In this document: piece by piece, positions 34,959-46,009 of the stretch
Layout of the letters: every line of letters begins with the position of its first letter
How positions within the stretch are numbered: the stretch's first letter is position 1
DNA from: Eukaryota sp. TZLM1-RC
Lineage: Eukaryota; Protista; Metamonada: BaSk clade
Assembly (NCBI GenBank): GCA_040285825.1
Contig: JAUPSS010000004.1
Span: 3,997,784-4,061,783, forward strand
DNA: 64,000 bases
Direction: 5' to 3'
Notes under the pieces: model-generated
Databases searched by the model: none
Seen by the model: the letters and a program-made list of their open reading frames with translations, nothing else
What the model was told of the DNA's origin: nothing
Made by a program: the position numbers and the translations under genes

Positions 34959-35263
34959 ATGGTGAAGCTGAGTATACAGAAACAAAAACATTTGAAAAAC
35001 TGATATTTTATTTTGAGTTTTTTATTTTATTTTTAATTTTTTTGAGAAACTTTTGAGACGGATCTACAAATGCCTTAGTAGCATTTGGTAGATCCTCTTA
35101 GATACATCAAGTTGCGAGGCTTTGTTCTGTGCAAACAGTAGGTGTATTTAAGTGAGGTAGCCCATTGATGAAGACCATGAATGGCTTTGTCAAATGACGC
35201 TACATGTCTCTTACAGCCTGCGAGTAAACATTGAGAAAGTTGAACTCAGGAGTGAATTTCACA
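34959..35263 (+). ncRNA. candidate omegaRNA scaffold, Fanzor family B copy 2
   Basis: Homologous to 23216-23459 with pairing-preserving changes; carries an extra ~57-nt T-rich segment at about 34990-35047. Confidence 0.7.
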
Positions 35264-35307
35264 ATGCATGATAAGTGAAATTCAAAGTAGTGTTGGTTTC
35301 AGTCAAT

Positions 35308-35916
35308 ATGTATTGTTCTTCAGCCTCTTCATTACTTCAAAATCTCCGTAGTGTACCACACCCAGAAGTTCCTAAATATGATGATGCCAGTCTTCGCAAA
35401 GTGATCACCGAAATCAATGAATTATCGCCCAAAGTTGAAGAAGAAATGGCTGAATTACAGGACGGTCTGGTTCACAATGATGCTACAATGATGAAGCTTT
35501 TATGTCACTTTCGAATGATTGAACGTAACAAAAGAGCAGGTCTAGCATACTTACATGACCGATGCAGACGGTTACAGACACTCTGCCAAAAACACTCTGG
35601 TTTAATGCCCAAGGGACTGGCAGATAGTTTAAGTGGGGATGAAGAACTATTCTGGAGACGTTATAATCGTCTATTGACCAACTTAAACACCACATATCAG
35701 ATGAACATATTCTGCCAAGGAAGACCGCCTCTAGAACCTGAGGTCGAAGTAGAAGTGCTTGAAGACCTTGGTTCTATTGTCCTGCCTTCTGGGCTAGAAG
35801 CCACTTTTCAAAAAGGCACAATTCACCAGCTGCGGTATTCAGACGCACAAAAACTACTATCTATGGGTAGTGTATGTTTGACCCGAAATGAAAAGGGCAA
35901 TGACCCACATGCATGA
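35308..35916 (+). CDS. GINS1: GINS complex subunit Psf1
   Basis: 'MYCSSASSLL', 'IERNKRAGLAYLHDR', 'LSGDEELFW..Y', 'PP...VEVEVLEDLG'; ATG at 35308. Confidence 0.9.
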   Translation: MYCSSASSLLQNLRSVPHPEVPKYDDASLRKVITEINELSPKVEEEMAELQDGLVHNDATMMKLLCHFRMIERNKRAGLAYLHDRCRRLQTLCQKHSGLMPKGLADSLSGDEELFWRRYNRLLTNLNTTYQMNIFCQGRPPLEPEVEVEVLEDLGSIVLPSGLEATFQKGTIHQLRYSDAQKLLSMGSVCLTRNEKGNDPHA

Positions 35917-36194
35917 GTTATTGTGTGTTATTATTGTATGATGCTCTGAGTTTGTGTTTTTCAACATTGCTTTGGGTTGATATATTCAGATGTTTAGTCT
36001 TCTTGGTGTAGCTTTAATTGTTCTCTTTGTTTGATACAATCACTGTCTTAAATTTTAGAATGAAACAGTTTTGTGAAAAATCTAAAAGATATTTCTGCAC
36101 TGGTGACAAATGCTTTGGTGGCAAAAATAGAAATTTGTCATCATTTTCTTCACGCATTTTCTTCACTCATTTTCTTCAATAATTCTCTTATAAT

Positions 36195-36686
36195 ATGACC
36201 AACTCTTCCCAAATGTCTCCTTCTACCCAAGGAACAGTTCAGCCCAAGTGCTCTTCTTGGAATAGTGGCGGCTATCACTGGGAAGAGCGTCCTCAATTTA
36301 CCTGGGCTCAAGCCAAACTAAAGGAGCTGTTAAGGAACATCCCTTTTAGCAACATTACTGACGCCACATTCGGTACTACTGAAGTGTCGAGTGTTACCGG
36401 CGACGCCTCAACATATACACGTAAGCAAAAGGTACGTTACTACTTTGAGCTAGAAATTCGAGTTGGTTGCAAGTATGAACAAAAGGTAGAAGATGACCTT
36501 AAGTCTGCTTCCGGAGAGTTTATATTAAAAATTGCTAGCGATGAAGAACCTGAAGAATGGTCTTTTGTTTTTAAACCAGTAGGAAAGTCTAAGTTAACTG
36601 CCACAATGAAAAAGCTTTCTGATAGTGTAAAACCTGCCATTTTAGACAAAATCAATGACTTTATGACTGAGTTGTCTGTTCGGTAA
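36195..36686 (+). CDS. Aha1 N-terminal domain protein (Hch1-like Hsp90 co-chaperone)
   Basis: 'WNSGGYHWEER..FTWA', 'VTGDAS..TRKQK.RYYFEL'. Confidence 0.85.
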   Translation: MTNSSQMSPSTQGTVQPKCSSWNSGGYHWEERPQFTWAQAKLKELLRNIPFSNITDATFGTTEVSSVTGDASTYTRKQKVRYYFELEIRVGCKYEQKVEDDLKSASGEFILKIASDEEPEEWSFVFKPVGKSKLTATMKKLSDSVKPAILDKINDFMTELSVR

Positions 36687-36811
36687 TAAATTGGTTTTTC
36701 TTAATATAATTTCTTTTAATGTATAATACAATAATTTACTCGTATAGTGGATGAGGCTATTTTGATAGTTATCTGAAAAAACCAATAAACGATTAACAAA
36801 TTTGTATTAAT

Positions 36812-37276
36812 TTACATTCCAAAAATAGCAGCAAACTCTTGTTTAAGAACTTCAAGTTCGGTTGGTTCAAAATCATTCGGAATGTCAAAGACTTCACGTA
36901 GTTGTTCTGGGGTTTTATTACTCGCCATGTTAGCAATAGTCTTACAACACAGATCTATTAAAGCGGGCATTCCGAGAAAGTTACCAGCCAAAAGAGTCTG
37001 AAACAAGGTTTCCTTATCAACTTCAATGATGTATTTCCTATTCCATGCAATGATTTCCTCATCAGAGACGGTGGAGGGACTATTGGTTGCTTTAAGATGG
37101 AACCTAGCAAATTCTAGAGCTCGTTCAAGGAAAAGCGAACTGACTCCTGGTACTGGTATCTCATTGTCCCCAGATGCATTGACTATGTTGGACACATAGC
37201 CACAAAGGTTGGCGACTTCTGGTTCAATTTGATATTTAGCACCATCAGATGCAATAAGAACTGTGGTTTGAGGCAT
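36812..37276 (-). CDS. SKP1: Skp1 (SCF adaptor)
   Basis: 'LIASDG', 'IPVPGV', 'LLAGNFLGMPALIDLCCKTIANM..KTPEQLREVFDIPNDF'. Confidence 0.92.
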   Translation of the reverse strand: MPQTTVLIASDGAKYQIEPEVANLCGYVSNIVNASGDNEIPVPGVSSLFLERALEFARFHLKATNSPSTVSDEEIIAWNRKYIIEVDKETLFQTLLAGNFLGMPALIDLCCKTIANMASNKTPEQLREVFDIPNDFEPTELEVLKQEFAAIFGM

Positions 37277-37419
37277 ATGTTAAGATATACAGGTGAAACA
37301 GTTGGTGAAAATGTTGTACTTTTAATCAATGTTAGAATTCCGAACTAGTTCAGTAATTCTAACACTGCTTCAAATGGAATAATTTTTTCTATGATCTTTT
37401 TATTAAACAAAGGCTAGAA

Positions 37420-37830
37420 GTAGAGAAATCAAACAACAACTAAAGCTCCACATCCTCAAAACCTGCTTCCCTAACATCTGAACAGTTGATTACAAAAGGT
37501 TCTGAAATTCGACCAAAGAGAGATAGTGAAACAGAAATTGAATTCGGTATTTCTTTATAAATTGAAAACACAATTCTATTTTGTCAATAAACATTATTGA
37601 AAATTCTTCCAGTTTTTACCTGAAATCTTCAAGGAATGCTACAGCAGACTTACATGATGAAACGAACAAAGAAAACCAAAGAGCCATAGCATAAGAATTT
37701 CCATTACCTGAACAAAAAATTTTTGCATATTTAGTAATTTTATATTTTTCACCAACAAGAAGAATATTATTGACATCAGAATTAATTGAATGTTCATAAG
37801 AAGAATCGTTTGGGTCAATAGACATATGAC
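37420..37830 (-). mobile_element. CRE-like RLE family B, decayed 3' fragment
   Basis: 'MSIDPN...NSDVNN.LL.GEKYKI.KYAK' and the terminal 'EAGFEDVEL*'. Confidence 0.75.
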
Positions 37831-38356
37831 ACTATTGAAAAATATAATACTTTGAAACATCATAGAATGCTTGTTTTAAAGAAATTTTAACATCTTCAAT
37901 AGGTATTTTCAATAGAGTGGTTCTACTTCCATACGAAGATTGCTGCATAGTATCAATTTATCCTCTTCTAGTAAATACAAATCATTAATCTTAAAAAATC
38001 AGTCAAAATAATTTTTAATTTATTGTCATTATGATGCAGCTCCATTAACACTAAGTAGAGCATTTCCAAAAATTTCGGTAACAATTCGAAATCATCAAAG
38101 GAAAGAATAGATTGATTAATGTCGACATCATTAGCACTCTTTGGCTCAGGCGAGGATGTAGAAATGTCGACATGTCGACATTCCATTTGAGAATATTGAA
38201 TTCCACAACCTCTGGAGAAAGAATGAAGAAAACTTTGACCTGTTTTCTTCTTCAGGTGTTAAACAGGGCGATCCTCTTGGTCCTTTTTTCTTTTGGTTCG
38301 CAATTCATCCTTTAATGTGCGAATTAAAAGAAAATTCCCAGAAATAAATATTGTAG

Positions 38357-38532
38357 TGTTGGCTCCTCGCCATAGTTAGTTAGTTGTTTGTTCTTTACAG
38401 TAATCACGTGATGCCACGTCATCACGTATTTATCTAGATTGTTGTATAAGTTCATTTGATTATTCACTCCCGTTGTAATAAACACCCTGTTTTCCCGTTT
38501 ATTACCTGATGCATGCCCATATTGACCCAACA
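38357..38532 (+). repeat. 5' LTR
   Basis: Direct repeat of 45834-46009 with 3 differences in 176 bp. Confidence 0.95.
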
Positions 38533-40598
38533 GTAATTACTGTGGCCCAAACGAGTAATCCTGGCCGAGTTGCCCCAATTCTCCGAAGTGCTGACCGCTC
38601 CTCTTGCTCGCGCTTCGTTGACGAGTTGCGAGATTTTGCCGTCCGTATGTCCTTGATGAGACCTGAACCCGCTCCCACTAATTCCCAGAACTCTAGAAGA
38701 AGTTCCCGAAATCCCGCCCCTGAACCAGCTGAAGAAGCTGAAGAAGAAGTCAACCCTGAAGAAATTCGTTTCAATCTCCATGAAGCCTTGGCTGAAGATA
38801 GCCCCGTTGACCAACAGGAAGAAGAAGAAGTTCCTCTCCTGTACTCTGATAACTCTGATGTTTCTGATGAAGAGAAACCCGACCTGTTATGTCTTGTAGG
38901 AGCCCAAGACCCTGATGACCTCGAGTCCCTGTTATTGCCTTACATTCCTAAATGTATTGCCCCTGAAGTTTTGGATACTTTTCTAGTAATCCACCAGATC
39001 TCTCCTAAGAAGCCCAAGAAGATCCTGAAATACCTGTTGTCCTGTAGGCGCGTCGAAGATACCGCAAAAGCGTACCAGATGTTTAACCGTGTATCCTTGC
39101 CCCTGAATTGCCGTGATGCTGATGAAGCCATCACCCGATACACCCGAGATTTCATGAAGGTAGCTCGCAAAGTACCTTCCCCCCAGAAAAAAGAAGCCCT
39201 ATCATGAAGATTCCTAAGTGGAATACGCCCTGAACCCCTGAAGAGATTACTGAAGACAGAAGCCGAAGATGGTCTTATTACCTCCATCCCTGAAGTTATT
39301 TTCCGATTAAAAGAGTTGCTCCCTGATTACCACCGTCCTTACTCTCGTAATGCCTACTTGTTTGAAGATAAGTTAGCTCAGAAATACCAGAATTCCCGTG
39401 AGCAAAGAGTCAGATCAACCAGAAACTCATATAGAACCCCTAAGCGAGGTTCTCGAACTCAGTCTTCAAGACCCGATACTAGATCAACCCAACCTCGTAC
39501 TCGTACTCCACAATCTAATCAATCTCATAAACTGATTTGTAACTATTGCAAGAAACCCAGACATGTAGTCCGCAATTGCCCTGACCCTAACTGCAAATTG
39601 AGCCAAGTTAACAAGAAGAAACCTTATAAGAATCCCCGTAACCCTACCCATCCAAGAACCTGCCAGACTCGTAGCAACAAGCCTATCAACTCAATCGTAG
39701 AATCTATTACTGAAGGTTTGAAAGAAGACTACCAGCAGGAAGCTACTTATGTACCCAGAATGTTAACCCATTCCAGCTCTTCCGATTCTGAAGACCTAAA
39801 TTATAGTGTATCCTTAAACCCCTTTTCTGAAATAAACCCCTCTCCCTACTCTGAATCTGATACCCATTCCACACCTAGTTCTTCTCATTCTTTCCATTCT
39901 AACCCTGAAGCAAATGATCTTGACGAACTGTTTGATTCTTTGGATTTTGTGATGCCTGGTCAAGTTTTCCCAACCTTTCAAGATTTAACGTATGTTGCCC
40001 CTAACCCTATAGCTCAGTTAGCTACACCTTCGCATTCTGCCTTCTGTGCTAGAAACGAAGACCTGAAATCATCTCGGGCAGCCGTTGAGCAGAATGGGAA
40101 GGTGAGAGATTGCTCTGCTATAGAGGTAAGGAACCTCTCTGATCTTACTCCTAGTGAGAACTCAGAAGTTGATGAAGACGCCGAACTCTCAAACCAGAGG
40201 AAAGCCCTAGGGGAAGCGATCCATGATTTCTCGCTGGATGGAGTTCTAACCTCGATTCTGATATGGCCCCAATTGGTGCTGACTGTGTATCACGACCTGG
40301 TGAAGTTATGGTTGACTCTGACGCTGAAGATTCTCCACAGAGTTCAGAATCAGAGATGCTAAACACGTTATATGCCGCCAAGGTTACGTCTCCTGCCCCA
40401 ACTTGCCATGTGATCCCTGATAGATCCCGAATCTCCTTCACGTACCAAGAACTCAATAAGCCCATGGACAAAAGCTTATTACACCTGAAACCTTATACAA
40501 AGAATAATGACGTACTGTATGGAATGATAGATACAGGTGCTAGTGTTTTCTGTATTTCAGGTAAGCTTGTGAAGTCTCTGACCAAACCACGTTCCTAA
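38509..40598 (+). pseudogene. gag and aspartic protease
   Basis: In-frame TGA at 39205; Zn knuckle 'CNYCKKPRHVVRNC'; protease 'GMIDTGAS' in a shifted frame. Confidence 0.8.
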
Positions 40599-40654
40599 GC
40601 TTTGCCGATGGAAAACAACTAGAAGCCAAAGTAGCCAAAGGTAGATTCGCCTTT

Positions 40655-43243
40655 ATGCTTGGAGGAACTGCTGGCTTTACTCATATAGATATTAGACTAT
40701 GCCTCCTTCCCTGTGAGAACAACTTTATTATAGGTTGCGATACCCTGAAGAGATTAGGCTTACTAAATGAAGATTACCTATTTATTAATTTATCTCACCG
40801 GAACCTCCATATCCTAGAGGATGAAGCTATACCTGACTGCTTCCTGCCCAAACAAGCCGAAATCGTTTCTCAGAAAAACCTCGTTGATGATTCCATGAGC
40901 CCTGAATTTGTCCAATCACTGAATGATGATTTGTTAGAAACTTTGCCTGATATAGAGAAGACCGCATTCCACCTTGATGATACTGAACTAACCATAAAAA
41001 TCAAGAGATTATTATTGAAGTACCCTGATATTTTCTCCAAGTTGCCAGACCCCAAGGGAATCAAGTGCCGACCCATGCGACTTGAATTCCATGACGAAAC
41101 CGAACTTATCTCTAAGAAAGCCCGTTACCTCCCTCCTGACAAGCTGAAGATCGCTCATGAAGAGTTTGATACCCTTTTAGAGAATGGATTTGCTGTCCCT
41201 TATGATGGACCATTTGCCTCTCCCATCCACTTAGTTTGTGCACCTGGAAAGGCCCCTCGTCTCACTGGAGACTATTCTGGCCACAGAGGTATTAACGACT
41301 TGACTAAGCCTGCTCCAGCAGATTTGCCCCGCATAACTGATGTTTGCGAATTCCTCTCATCCTCAGAATATATTGCCACCTTAGATTTTCCGAAAGCATT
41401 TTGGCAATTGAATTTACATCCTGATGACCAACCAAAGACCGCTGTAGTTATTCCTGGCCGAAAGATTATGTTTACCCGAGCCTCTTTTGGCCTAAAGAAT
41501 GTGCCAGCTATCTTCCAGAATCTGATGAAAGAGATTTTCAACTGCGAAGGTGTTTTCATTTATTTAGATGATATCATTGTATCTGCCGTCAAGAAAGAAG
41601 ATTTCCTCAGAAGAATCGACTATATATTTGCAAGAGCCCGCGAATACCGAGTAAGAATTGGCTTACACAAGTGTGCTTTTCAAACCAAAGAATTTCCCGT
41701 CCGTGTCTTAGGTACCATCTTTGAGAAAGGTACCCGTCGAATCTGTCCGTCCCGAATTGAAACCATCAAGAAGATCATAATTCCATCAACTGTCCCAGAA
41801 CTCCGCTCGTTTATCGGAACTATTAATTTTATCCGAGACTGGCTTCCCTCCGTTAGTGCCGAACTTGCACCGCTAACCGAACTAATGAAAGGTAACCCCA
41901 AGAGAATTGCCCTTAATGATATGCAGAAAAGAAGTTTCAGAAATATAATGAAGATGATTATCGAAAGTACTCCTCTAGAACTTTCTGATGCTGACTCTAA
42001 CATTTTAGTGTCCACCGATGCCTCTGAGAAAGGCATAGCCGGTATTATTTGGAAAGAACTATCTCCCTCTGAACCAGGAACCTGTTTATCCAAACGTCAT
42101 GTAGCCCCCATATCCTTCTACTCAAGGATTCTAACTCCCGCCCAGCAACGATGGTCTACCATACAAAAAGAATTATTTGCCTTTGTAATGACCTTGAACC
42201 AGCCGAACCTGTCATCATTCTTGCAAACTAAGCACCTCACATTGTTTTGCGATCACAAGAATTTGTCCTACCTGCTCTCTTGCCCTGACTCCAACCGTGT
42301 AGTTCTCCGCTGGATCCCTGTATTGCAGTCCTTTTCATTTGATTGTGTACACATAGACGGACCGAATAATCATTGGGCTGATTATTTATCGCGGTCACTC
42401 CCTAAGAAGGAAGAAAAACCTGAAAAGAAGAAAACGAAGACCAGAAGTGCTAAAGCAAGTGCGAAAGCAAGTGCGAAGGTAAACTCCTTAATCTCTATCG
42501 AAGACGGGAAGACCCCCTTCTACCAAGTAACCAGTTATGATCCTGAAGAACACTACAAAGGACTCCCAGCTAGACTAAGAACTGCTTCTTACTTAGAAAT
42601 GGCTGCTTATTATAACCCAGACTGTCGCTCCTTGCCTTGTCCATGTCAAGCCGGACATGGTTTCCACTATTGCCCTGGCGAAGTACGTTTCTGCGAAGTT
42701 GTGGTTGATAAATATTATACTGAAGTAGGAAACCGTAACCCCGACACTCGTCTCACTCATATCTCTGAACCTGTATCCCCTGCAATAGACAAAATCAATG
42801 TCTTACAAGCTGTTGTTCCGCTTGTACCGACTCCGCTTATCTGTTTTGACTCTAAGATCTTTCTATATCCACCAAACCAGATCTTCCCCTTCTCTCCAGT
42901 CGAAATTAACTCTAACCTTCATGTCAGCGACACACCACCCTCCTGGTATACCCTAAACCATAGCGATGCTAAGAGACTCCTGACCGCTACTGCTTTCCGC
43001 TCCGAATCAGATCCTTTCGCTATAATTAATTCTCTGAAATATTTCTCTGTCCTTGACCGTATTGATATCGACTATATCAATGGAGGAACTGCCCCGTACC
43101 ATTTTGTACTTTCCACCGACCTATGCTTCATGTACCAACACCTTTCCCCTTTTCCAAGTGAAAGGACCCCTACGCCTCTGTTGCTCATATGTACCCTGAA
43201 ACTCCAATTCATCCAAAGATGCATAATCGCTCAGTTCCTATAG
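40655..43243 (+). CDS. reverse transcriptase and RNase H, followed by an unknown extension
   Basis: 'LDFPKAFWQ', 'FGLKNVPAIFQ', 'YLDDII', 'TDAS..G', 'KELFA', 'DHKNL', 'ADYLSR'. Confidence 0.9.
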   Translation: MLGGTAGFTHIDIRLCLLPCENNFIIGCDTLKRLGLLNEDYLFINLSHRNLHILEDEAIPDCFLPKQAEIVSQKNLVDDSMSPEFVQSLNDDLLETLPDIEKTAFHLDDTELTIKIKRLLLKYPDIFSKLPDPKGIKCRPMRLEFHDETELISKKARYLPPDKLKIAHEEFDTLLENGFAVPYDGPFASPIHLVCAPGKAPRLTGDYSGHRGINDLTKPAPADLPRITDVCEFLSSSEYIATLDFPKAFWQLNLHPDDQPKTAVVIPGRKIMFTRASFGLKNVPAIFQNLMKEIFNCEGVFIYLDDIIVSAVKKEDFLRRIDYIFARAREYRVRIGLHKCAFQTKEFPVRVLGTIFEKGTRRICPSRIETIKKIIIPSTVPELRSFIGTINFIRDWLPSVSAELAPLTELMKGNPKRIALNDMQKRSFRNIMKMIIESTPLELSDADSNILVSTDASEKGIAGIIWKELSPSEPGTCLSKRHVAPISFYSRILTPAQQRWSTIQKELFAFVMTLNQPNLSSFLQTKHLTLFCDHKNLSYLLSCPDSNRVVLRWIPVLQSFSFDCVHIDGPNNHWADYLSRSLPKKEEKPEKKKTKTRSAKASAKASAKVNSLISIEDGKTPFYQVTSYDPEEHYKGLPARLRTASYLEMAAYYNPDCRSLPCPCQAGHGFHYCPGEVRFCEVVVDKYYTEVGNRNPDTRLTHISEPVSPAIDKINVLQAVVPLVPTPLICFDSKIFLYPPNQIFPFSPVEINSNLHVSDTPPSWYTLNHSDAKRLLTATAFRSESDPFAIINSLKYFSVLDRIDIDYINGGTAPYHFVLSTDLCFMYQHLSPFPSERTPTPLLLICTLKLQFIQRCIIAQFL

Positions 43244-43445
43244 CCGACATGGTTCAACATGGTAATTGGAACAACCGATTATATTTCTATGACCCGATAT
43301 TCTCTGCTCGATCGTATCTCCCTGAAGTGATTCCCCCGAATGCTTTCCTTGTAAGACTAAACTGTTTCCCTGCAATATAAATATTACCCTTGGTCAGTTA
43401 ATTAACAATATTGACCCTCTGCACTTAGCTCCACTGCCACTCGAG

Positions 43446-45833
43446 ATGCTTCCCTTCTCTCTTGATTATGCCGCTGATATCTCCCTCAATTTAGAATCCC
43501 TATTTATCAGTGATGAGCTATATAAACTCACTGAGAACGAAATTTTGACCTTGCCCATCAAAGAGTTCCTAGAATTCGGAATCTTGAACCCTAGCCAACG
43601 AAGCCCAATCCCTCTATCCAGATATAGCCTCCAGTATTATGATGAGATCTACGAAGAAGTCCTATATTCCCCTTTCCTTAGCTCCCGATCCTGGACTGAC
43701 GGTGATATTGAACATGAACTGGATATGCAAGAACTGATAGGTGATGAGAATGCCGGATTTTCCATTCCCTGTTACATCCTGCCACCTACTACTGGCTCAA
43801 CCACTAACACTCATCAACCTTTGATACTTCGTAATTCCTCCACTGAGTCTCTGCCCAAATACCTGAAGTGCCCTGTATTCGTCTTTATCCACCATTATCT
43901 TGATGATGGCAATGCTTGCCCTCATCCCATTGTTACTTACCAATACGATCACCAAGAAGTTGAAAATAGTTCTGTTCCAAAACAACTACTGACTCATGTC
44001 CCTCGAAATTATTACCTTTCTTCGAAACTCAACTCCTGCAACACCTGCACACACGTAGATAGTATACACAGATCCTTGCTAGACGAACTTTCGTTAACTA
44101 ATTACATCCTAACGACCAAGCCTTTAGACACCATTCCGTATAACTCTAAAATCGCTTTCTATGATAAAGAACTCCAAGCAGTAGCCCTCCCCAGACAGCT
44201 CCCCGATGGAACTTATAGTAAAGTAATGCACTCCCTTATTCCGTTCCCAGACCCTGACCAGTCCTTTGAACCTGTTTGCTCGATTGTCAATGTAACTACA
44301 AGATCCCAAGTGCCCCATGATGTAACTGAAGAAGACACTCAAGAAGTTGACCCTGAATTCAACACGCTTGAAGCAACCTCATCAGACTTCATTGACCAGA
44401 ACTCTGCCAACTCTCCTGCTGAAGCTTTCTTAAGGAAGATATTTAACGAACAACAGAAGATGATAGATGATGACGAACTTTTCTCCAACTGTGTAATTGA
44501 TAAAGAGACTGGCCTTAAACTAACTCCAGATAAGAAGATAATCATTCCCCCTGTGATGATCCCTGAAATACTAAACCACGTTCACGGCTCTACTGAAGCA
44601 GGACACCCAGCCTTGATGAACGCCTGGAAGTCGTTAAGAAATTCTGACTTTTTCTGGCCTTCCATGAAACGAGACTTAGAACAACATGTCCGTCAATGTA
44701 TTCCATGTCAGAAGAATTCGAATGTACCCAAAACCTTAGTCTCCTCATCCGGCTCACTGACTCAATCCCGTAAACCCTTCGAGTATCTCCATTGTGATAC
44801 GATAGGTCCTTTCTCTCCTGACTCTCGCAAGAACAAATATGTTCTACATTTTGTAGATGCTTTTTCTAAATTCAGTATCTTATGTCCTGTACCAGATATC
44901 AAATCCATCACTGTAGCTGACGCCATCCTCTCAAATGTTTACGCAACCTTCGGTGCTCCCAAAGCAATTCATTCCGACAACGGAACTGAATTTTGCAATG
45001 CTGTTTTTGACTCTTTTTGTAAGTCGCTCAATATCACTCACTCTACGTCCATTCCTCATTTTCACCAGTCGAATGGTTTAGTTGAACGCCAACATCGTAT
45101 CATCCAACAGAACCTCAGGAAGGTACTTTTAGACTTTGCCGATTACGATAATTGGTCAGACTACCTTCCATTTTGCCAGATGATCGCCAACAGTAGTTTC
45201 AGAAAATCCCTTAATGCCTCTCCCTACAAACTCATCTTTGGCTCCGATACCTCTCCCCGACTGCTTCCTGTCGAAGTAATGAAATCGTTAGAATTAAGTC
45301 CCGATCAGCCTGATGTCCCAGACTATATGTCTACCCTGTCCAAACTTTCCCTAACCATCAAGGAAAAGTGGAATTCTGTCACAAACAACACTCCTCCCTC
45401 AGACGTTTTACCTGAACCTAAGTTCAAGCCTCAACCTGGTTCTCGAGTCTTTGTCCTCCGAGAACACCCTGACAAGCTCCATGGTCATTTCGCTGGACCC
45501 TATATTGTTAAAAAGATAATTTCCCGTAGATCCTTCATGGTAGAAAACCCAATAACTCGTTCTCAGCTAAAAACGTCCATACACCTAGTCAAACCCTGCC
45601 TATCCTCTCTCCCTGAAGAAATCCTGAACGCATATGTTGCCGCAGACGCTGGTGAACTCCTCATTGACGCCATCTTAGATATTTCAGATGACCAAGCTAC
45701 CATTTTGTGGTCCGATGGCCTCCAATCGTCCCAGCCTGTAGATACCGTTAAGAATACTGTAGCTTTGAAACGGTACTCAAAGATGTTGAATCTTGACAAA
45801 CCCAGAAGAAGAGGAAAGAGAAAGAAGAGATAG
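43446..45833 (+). CDS. unknown region plus integrase (HHCC, DDE, GPY/F, chromodomain-like)
   Basis: 'H....GH...CIPCQ', 'HCDTIGP', 'SDNGTEF', 'NGLVER', 'FAGPY', 'IDAILD...ILWSDG..SSQP'. Confidence 0.88.
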   Translation: MLPFSLDYAADISLNLESLFISDELYKLTENEILTLPIKEFLEFGILNPSQRSPIPLSRYSLQYYDEIYEEVLYSPFLSSRSWTDGDIEHELDMQELIGDENAGFSIPCYILPPTTGSTTNTHQPLILRNSSTESLPKYLKCPVFVFIHHYLDDGNACPHPIVTYQYDHQEVENSSVPKQLLTHVPRNYYLSSKLNSCNTCTHVDSIHRSLLDELSLTNYILTTKPLDTIPYNSKIAFYDKELQAVALPRQLPDGTYSKVMHSLIPFPDPDQSFEPVCSIVNVTTRSQVPHDVTEEDTQEVDPEFNTLEATSSDFIDQNSANSPAEAFLRKIFNEQQKMIDDDELFSNCVIDKETGLKLTPDKKIIIPPVMIPEILNHVHGSTEAGHPALMNAWKSLRNSDFFWPSMKRDLEQHVRQCIPCQKNSNVPKTLVSSSGSLTQSRKPFEYLHCDTIGPFSPDSRKNKYVLHFVDAFSKFSILCPVPDIKSITVADAILSNVYATFGAPKAIHSDNGTEFCNAVFDSFCKSLNITHSTSIPHFHQSNGLVERQHRIIQQNLRKVLLDFADYDNWSDYLPFCQMIANSSFRKSLNASPYKLIFGSDTSPRLLPVEVMKSLELSPDQPDVPDYMSTLSKLSLTIKEKWNSVTNNTPPSDVLPEPKFKPQPGSRVFVLREHPDKLHGHFAGPYIVKKIISRRSFMVENPITRSQLKTSIHLVKPCLSSLPEEILNAYVAADAGELLIDAILDISDDQATILWSDGLQSSQPVDTVKNTVALKRYSKMLNLDKPRRRGKRKKR

Positions 45834-46009
45834 TGTTGGCTCCTCGCCATGGTTAGTTAGTTGTTTGTTCTTTACAGTAATCACGTGATGCCACGTCATC
45901 ACGTATTTATCTAGATTGTTGTATAATTTCATTTGATTATTCACTCCCGTTGTAATAAACACCCAGTTTTCCCGTTTATTACCTGATGCATGCCCATATT
46001 GACCCAACA
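45834..46009 (+). repeat. 3' LTR
   Basis: Direct repeat of 38357-38532. Confidence 0.95.

Larger units (their letters stand above)
38357..46009 (+). mobile_element. full-length Ty3/gypsy LTR retrotransposon with chromodomain-like integrase tail; ORFs disrupted
   Basis: 176-bp LTRs (TGTTGG...CCAACA); 4-bp TSD GTAG (38353-38356, 46010-46013); order gag-PR-RT-RH-IN; polypurine tract 45804-45830. Confidence 0.95.
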
